The notes beneath the pieces are model-generated. The model had not been told where the DNA came from. It searched no databases and was given only the letters and a program-made list of their open reading frames with translations. This document shows positions 58,374 through 64,000 of a stretch of DNA of 64,000 bases, in pieces. Within the stretch, counting starts at the first letter, position 1, and every line of letters starts with the position of its first letter. The stretch is from Phaeosaccion multiseriatum (Eukaryota > Protista > Ochrophyta, other classes): positions 3,267,856 through 3,331,855 of the forward strand of contig OZ218962.1 of NCBI GenBank assembly GCA_965112735.1, read 5' to 3'. Position numbers and translations under genes: made by a program.

Positions 58374-59225
58374 ATGGTTACGCCTTCAGAGCAGGATAAG
58401 TATGACACCAGCGATTGGAGAGGAGATTGGCCGATTCTTAAAGGGCAGAAGACTCCGATCAGAGTGAACACCTTTGTGTATGGCTATGAGAGGTGCGCAG
58501 AGAGAATGAGACTCGCTAGACAGCAAGCTCGCATTCCCGACATGGCTACTTTGTTGGACCCTGTTCTGAGAACGCAAGCCAGCGTTGAGTTAAAGGTACA
58601 GGTAACAGAGCTGAACACTGAGAACGTGAAGAAATGGCTCAAGGATTGGTAAAAGGAACATTCTGAGAGCGACGTGCAAGGAGAGACACTTGCATCTATT
58701 GCCGACGAGATCACGATAGAATGTGCGAATCGTGAGAACGCCGGAGCGCTGAAGGAGGCTTTAATATATGCCCACACGGAGTTTTTGGGTATGATCAAGA
58801 ACAGCTCCTTCAGCTCCCTCTTGCAGACGGAGGATGGCACTGCAGACAATTGGTGGCTGCCCAAGGATAAGGCGGCTACGAAGTCCATCAGGTTTGCTTT
58901 CAACAGTGTCTTGAGCCGATTTGATTCCAATATGGTGAAGCTCATTAAAGATGCCGAGAGACAGTGGCAGAGCTCGATTGATTGGGACAAGAACTACAAG
59001 CAGTGGTTTGAGCTCGTGCTTGATATCCACATGGGGTGGGCTAATGCTCGAGCTGCTGCCGCGCGAGCGAATCTCACGGCGGAACAGGCCTTGCCCAACT
59101 TGAAGAAGACGGGAGGAGGCGGCTCTGCTAATTCTGGAAAGGGGGGAGAGCCCGCCTGGAAGAAGAAGAAGCAAGAGCAGGCGGCGGCCAAGAATGGTGC
59201 AGCTGCGAGTGGTGGTCCGTGTTAG
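58374..59225 (+). pseudogene. Disrupted intronless ORF, probably retroelement gag-like
   Basis: ORFs 58374-58652 and 58674-59225 share a frame and are separated by one TAA. A helical-looking body is followed by a G/K-rich tail ending 'GGPC', where the hairpin unit truncates it (the position where a zinc knuckle would begin). Lower GC than the host genes. Confidence 0.5.
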
Positions 59226-59518
59226 AAGTCGTGCTTTTGCTAGACTGGTACCTACCCTCTGAATTCAGACCGGGAGGTACCAGTCTAGCAAAAGCACGAC
59301 TTCTAACAAGCCCTAATGCTAGAAGTCGAACCCCCCCCCCCCCACCGCACATAGTGGAGAGAAGTAACTCGCAGTCTGGGAATCAGACTAATGGGTGCCA
59401 GCCGGTACCAGTTTTCGCCGAAAAACACACTTTTTTCACAAGCTACAGCCAGGATTCGAACTCGCAATGGCCTTGTTAGAAGTCGTGCTTTTGCTAGACT
59501 GGTACCTACCCTCTGAAT
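59220..59518 (+). repeat. Hairpin-bearing 254-bp unit (copy B, 1.2 units)
   Basis: Hairpin at 59220-59308; second left arm at 59474-59518 ending at the palindrome centre. Confidence 0.92.
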
Positions 59519-59737
59519 ATATTATAAGGGAAACGCATCAGTGAGCGAGGCCTCACACACGTCCTCGCAGCGTGCTACAATCGCCAGGTTGGTCTGAGGT
59601 AGAGAAGGGAAGGGAATGATGTGCTTTGTGTTGGCAAAAGAGCTAAAGCAACACAGCGAACACTGCCCCCCCTCGTATTTCCCGTACGTGCCGAGTCCGA
59701 TGCTTAACTTCCTCCCCCCCTCCCTCCCTAATATTAT

Positions 59738-60176
59738 ATTCAGAGGGTAGGTACCAGTCTAGCAAAAGCACGACTTCTAACAAGGCCATTGCGAGTTCGA
59801 ATCCTGGCTGTAGCTTGTGAAAAAAGTGTGTTTTTCGGCGAAAACTGGTACCGGCTGGCACCCATTAGTCTGATTCCCAGACTGCGAGTTACTTCTCTCC
59901 ACTATGTGCGGTGGGGGGGGGGGTTCGACTTCTAGCATTAGGGCTTGTTAGAAGTCGTGCTTTTGCTAGACTGGTACCTCCCGGTCTGAATTCAGAGGGT
60001 AGGTACCAGTCTAGCAAAAGCACGACTTCTAACAAGGCCATTGCGAGTTCGAATCCTGGCTGTAGCTTGTGAAAAAAGTGTGTTTTTCGGCGAAAACTGG
60101 TACCGGCTGGCACCCATTAGTCTGATTCCCAGACTGCGAGTTACTTCTCTCCACTATGTGCGGTGGGGGGGGGGGG
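59738..60176 (-). repeat. Inverted array of the same unit (copy C, ~1.7 units) abutting the telomere
   Basis: Reverse complement of copy B; full hairpin at 59946-60034. Confidence 0.92.
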
Positions 60177-63100
60177 TTAGGGTTAGGGTTAGGGTTAGGG
60201 TTAGGGTTAGGGTTAGGGTTAGGGTTAGGGTTAGGGTTAGGGTTAGGGTTAGGGTTAGGGTTAGGGTTAGGGTTAGGGTTAGGGTTAGGGTTAGGGTTAG
60301 GGTTAGGGTTAGGGTTAGGGTTAGGGTTAGGGTTAGGGTTAGGGTTAGGGTTAGGGTTAGGGTTAGGGTTAGGGTTAGGGTTAGGGTTAGGGTTAGGGTT
60401 AGGGTTAGGGTTAGGGTTAGGGTTAGGGTTAGGGTTAGGGTTAGGGTTAGGGTTAGGGTTAGGGTTAGGGTTAGGGTTAGGGTTAGGGTTAGGGTTAGGG
60501 TTAGGGTTAGGGTTAGGGTTAGGGTTAGGGTTAGGGTTAGGGTTAGGGTTAGGGTTAGGGTTAGGGTTAGGGTTAGGGTTAGGGTTAGGGTTAGGGTTAG
60601 GGTTAGGGTTAGGGTTAGGGTTAGGGTTAGGGTTAGGGTTAGGGTTAGGGTTAGGGTTAGGGTTAGGGTTAGGGTTAGGGTTAGGGTTAGGGTTAGGGTT
60701 AGGGTTAGGGTTAGGGTTAGGGTTAGGGTTAGGGTTAGGGTTAGGGTTAGGGTTAGGGTTAGGGTTAGGGTTAGGGTTAGGGTTAGGGTTAGGGTTAGGG
60801 TTAGGGTTAGGGTTAGGGTTAGGGTTAGGGTTAGGGTTAGGGTTAGGGTTAGGGTTAGGGTTAGGGTTAGGGTTAGGGTTAGGGTTAGGGTTAGGGTTAG
60901 GGTTAGGGTTAGGGTTAGGGTTAGGGTTAGGGTTAGGGTTAGGGTTAGGGTTAGGGTTAGGGTTAGGGTTAGGGTTAGGGTTAGGGTTAGGGTTAGGGTT
61001 AGGGTTAGGGTTAGGGTTAGGGTTAGGGTTAGGGTTAGGGTTAGGGTTAGGGTTAGGGTTAGGGTTAGGGTTAGGGTTAGGGTTAGGGTTAGGGTTAGGG
61101 TTAGGGTTAGGGTTAGGGTTAGGGTTAGGGTTAGGGTTAGGGTTAGGGTTAGGGTTAGGGTTAGGGTTAGGGTTAGGGTTAGGGTTAGGGTTAGGGTTAG
61201 GGTTAGGGTTAGGGTTAGGGTTAGGGTTAGGGTTAGGGTTAGGGTTAGGGTTAGGGTTAGGGTTAGGGTTAGGGTTAGGGTTAGGGTTAGGGTTAGGGTT
61301 AGGGTTAGGGTTAGGGTTAGGGTTAGGGTTAGGGTTAGGGTTAGGGTTAGGGTTAGGGTTAGGGTTAGGGTTAGGGTTAGGGTTAGGGTTAGGGTTAGGG
61401 TTAGGGTTAGGGTTAGGGTTAGGGTTAGGGTTAGGGTTAGGGTTAGGGTTAGGGTTAGGGTTAGGGTTAGGGTTAGGGTTAGGGTTAGGGTTAGGGTTAG
61501 GGTTAGGGTTAGGGTTAGGGTTAGGGTTAGGGTTAGGGTTAGGGTTAGGGTTAGGGTTAGGGTTAGGGTTAGGGTTAGGGTTAGGGTTAGGGTTAGGGTT
61601 AGGGTTAGGGTTAGGGTTAGGGTTAGGGTTAGGGTTAGGGTTAGGGTTAGGGTTAGGGTTAGGGTTAGGGTTAGGGTTAGGGTTAGGGTTAGGGTTAGGG
61701 TTAGGGTTAGGGTTAGGGTTAGGGTTAGGGTTAGGGTTAGGGTTAGGGTTAGGGTTAGGGTTAGGGTTAGGGTTAGGGTTAGGGTTAGGGTTAGGGTTAG
61801 GGTTAGGGTTAGGGTTAGGGTTAGGGTTAGGGTTAGGGTTAGGGTTAGGGTTAGGGTTAGGGTTAGGGTTAGGGTTAGGGTTAGGGTTAGGGTTAGGGTT
61901 AGGGTTAGGGTTAGGGTTAGGGTTAGGGTTAGGGTTAGGGTTAGGGTTAGGGTTAGGGTTAGGGTTAGGGTTAGGGTTAGGGTTAGGGTTAGGGTTAGGG
62001 TTAGGGTTAGGGTTAGGGTTAGGGTTAGGGTTAGGGTTAGGGTTAGGGTTAGGGTTAGGGTTAGGGTTAGGGTTAGGGTTAGGGTTAGGGTTAGGGTTAG
62101 GGTTAGGGTTAGGGTTAGGGTTAGGGTTAGGGTTAGGGTTAGGGTTAGGGTTAGGGTTAGGGTTAGGGTTAGGGTTAGGGTTAGGGTTAGGGTTAGGGTT
62201 AGGGTTAGGGTTAGGGTTAGGGTTAGGGTTAGGGTTAGGGTTAGGGTTAGGGTTAGGGTTAGGGTTAGGGTTAGGGTTAGGGTTAGGGTTAGGGTTAGGG
62301 TTAGGGTTAGGGTTAGGGTTAGGGTTAGGGTTAGGGTTAGGGTTAGGGTTAGGGTTAGGGTTAGGGTTAGGGTTAGGGTTAGGGTTAGGGTTAGGGTTAG
62401 GGTTAGGGTTAGGGTTAGGGTTAGGGTTAGGGTTAGGGTTAGGGTTAGGGTTAGGGTTAGGGTTAGGGTTAGGGTTAGGGTTAGGGTTAGGGTTAGGGTT
62501 AGGGTTAGGGTTAGGGTTAGGGTTAGGGTTAGGGTTAGGGTTAGGGTTAGGGTTAGGGTTAGGGTTAGGGTTAGGGTTAGGGTTAGGGTTAGGGTTAGGG
62601 TTAGGGTTAGGGTTAGGGTTAGGGTTAGGGTTAGGGTTAGGGTTAGGGTTAGGGTTAGGGTTAGGGTTAGGGTTAGGGTTAGGGTTAGGGTTAGGGTTAG
62701 GGTTAGGGTTAGGGTTAGGGTTAGGGTTAGGGTTAGGGTTAGGGTTAGGGTTAGGGTTAGGGTTAGGGTTAGGGTTAGGGTTAGGGTTAGGGTTAGGGTT
62801 AGGGTTAGGGTTAGGGTTAGGGTTAGGGTTAGGGTTAGGGTTAGGGTTAGGGTTAGGGTTAGGGTTAGGGTTAGGGTTAGGGTTAGGGTTAGGGTTAGGG
62901 TTAGGGTTAGGGTTAGGGTTAGGGTTAGGGTTAGGGTTAGGGTTAGGGTTAGGGTTAGGGTTAGGGTTAGGGTTAGGGTTAGGGTTAGGGTTAGGGTTAG
63001 GGTTAGGGTTAGGGTTAGGGTTAGGGTTAGGGTTAGGGTTAGGGTTAGGGTTAGGGTTAGGGTTAGGGTTAGGGTTAGGGTTAGGGTTAGGGTTAGGGTT

Positions 63101-64000
63101 AGGGTTAGGGTTAGGGTTAGGGTTAGGGTTAGGGTTAGGGTTAGGGTTAGGGTTAGGGTTAGGGTTAGGGTTAGGGTTAGGGTTAGGGTTAGGGTTAGGG
63201 TTAGGGTTAGGGTTAGGGTTAGGGTTAGGGTTAGGGTTAGGGTTAGGGTTAGGGTTAGGGTTAGGGTTAGGGTTAGGGTTAGGGTTAGGGTTAGGGTTAG
63301 GGTTAGGGTTAGGGTTAGGGTTAGGGTTAGGGTTAGGGTTAGGGTTAGGGTTAGGGTTAGGGTTAGGGTTAGGGTTAGGGTTAGGGTTAGGGTTAGGGTT
63401 AGGGTTAGGGTTAGGGTTAGGGTTAGGGTTAGGGTTAGGGTTAGGGTTAGGGTTAGGGTTAGGGTTAGGGTTAGGGTTAGGGTTAGGGTTAGGGTTAGGG
63501 TTAGGGTTAGGGTTAGGGTTAGGGTTAGGGTTAGGGTTAGGGTTAGGGTTAGGGTTAGGGTTAGGGTTAGGGTTAGGGTTAGGGTTAGGGTTAGGGTTAG
63601 GGTTAGGGTTAGGGTTAGGGTTAGGGTTAGGGTTAGGGTTAGGGTTAGGGTTAGGGTTAGGGTTAGGGTTAGGGTTAGGGTTAGGGTTAGGGTTAGGGTT
63701 AGGGTTAGGGTTAGGGTTAGGGTTAGGGTTAGGGTTAGGGTTAGGGTTAGGGTTAGGGTTAGGGTTAGGGTTAGGGTTAGGGTTAGGGTTAGGGTTAGGG
63801 TTAGGGTTAGGGTTAGGGTTAGGGTTAGGGTTAGGGTTAGGGTTAGGGTTAGGGTTAGGGTTAGGGTTAGGGTTAGGGTTAGGGTTAGGGTTAGGGTTAG
63901 GGTTAGGGTTAGGGTTAGGGTTAGGGTTAGGGTTAGGGTTAGGGTTAGGGTTAGGGTTAGGGTTAGGGTTAGGGTTAGGGTTAGGGTTAGGGTTAGGGTT
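60177..64000 (+). repeat. Telomere (TTAGGG)n
   Basis: About 637 repeats with no variants seen; G-rich strand runs 5'->3' to the sequence end. Confidence 0.99.

Noticed and set aside
59745-59830. tRNA gene
   Set aside because: Has a T-loop/B-box-like motif but no convincing acceptor, D or T stems; it is part of a repeat unit.

Overview
This is the last 64 kb of a GC-rich eukaryotic chromosome arm, ending in about 3.8 kb of pure (TTAGGG)n. Gene style suggests a flagellated stramenopile alga, but that is inference only. Splice sites were walked by hand, and phases were consistent for five spliced genes whose introns are filled with simple repeats. (1) A large armadillo-repeat protein on the - strand, with its 3' end unresolved. 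(2) One gene fusing a NAK-family kinase, an ANTH domain, an SH3 domain and a TKL kinase (-). (3) An axonemal dynein p28-like protein (+). (4, 5) Two tandem paralogous surface proteins: signal peptide, cystine-knot-like modules, mucin stalk and a TRP/Pkd2-FLC-like multi-pass membrane domain; the first also has two bacterial-type P-domains. Two TA-flanked MITEs lie between genes 3 and 4. The subtelomere holds a 5'-truncated but otherwise open Ty3/Gypsy chromovirus pol. It carries an in-frame DEDDy (Mut-7/EXD/WRN-type) 3'-5' exonuclease with all catalytic residues between RNase H and integrase, which is the standout finding. Also present are 176-bp and 42-bp satellites, a gag-like pseudogene, and a ~254-bp unit containing an 89-bp hairpin. 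The hairpin shares its terminus with the retroelement LTR, and the telomere was added inside that unit. All domain calls come from motif recognition by eye; no searches were run.
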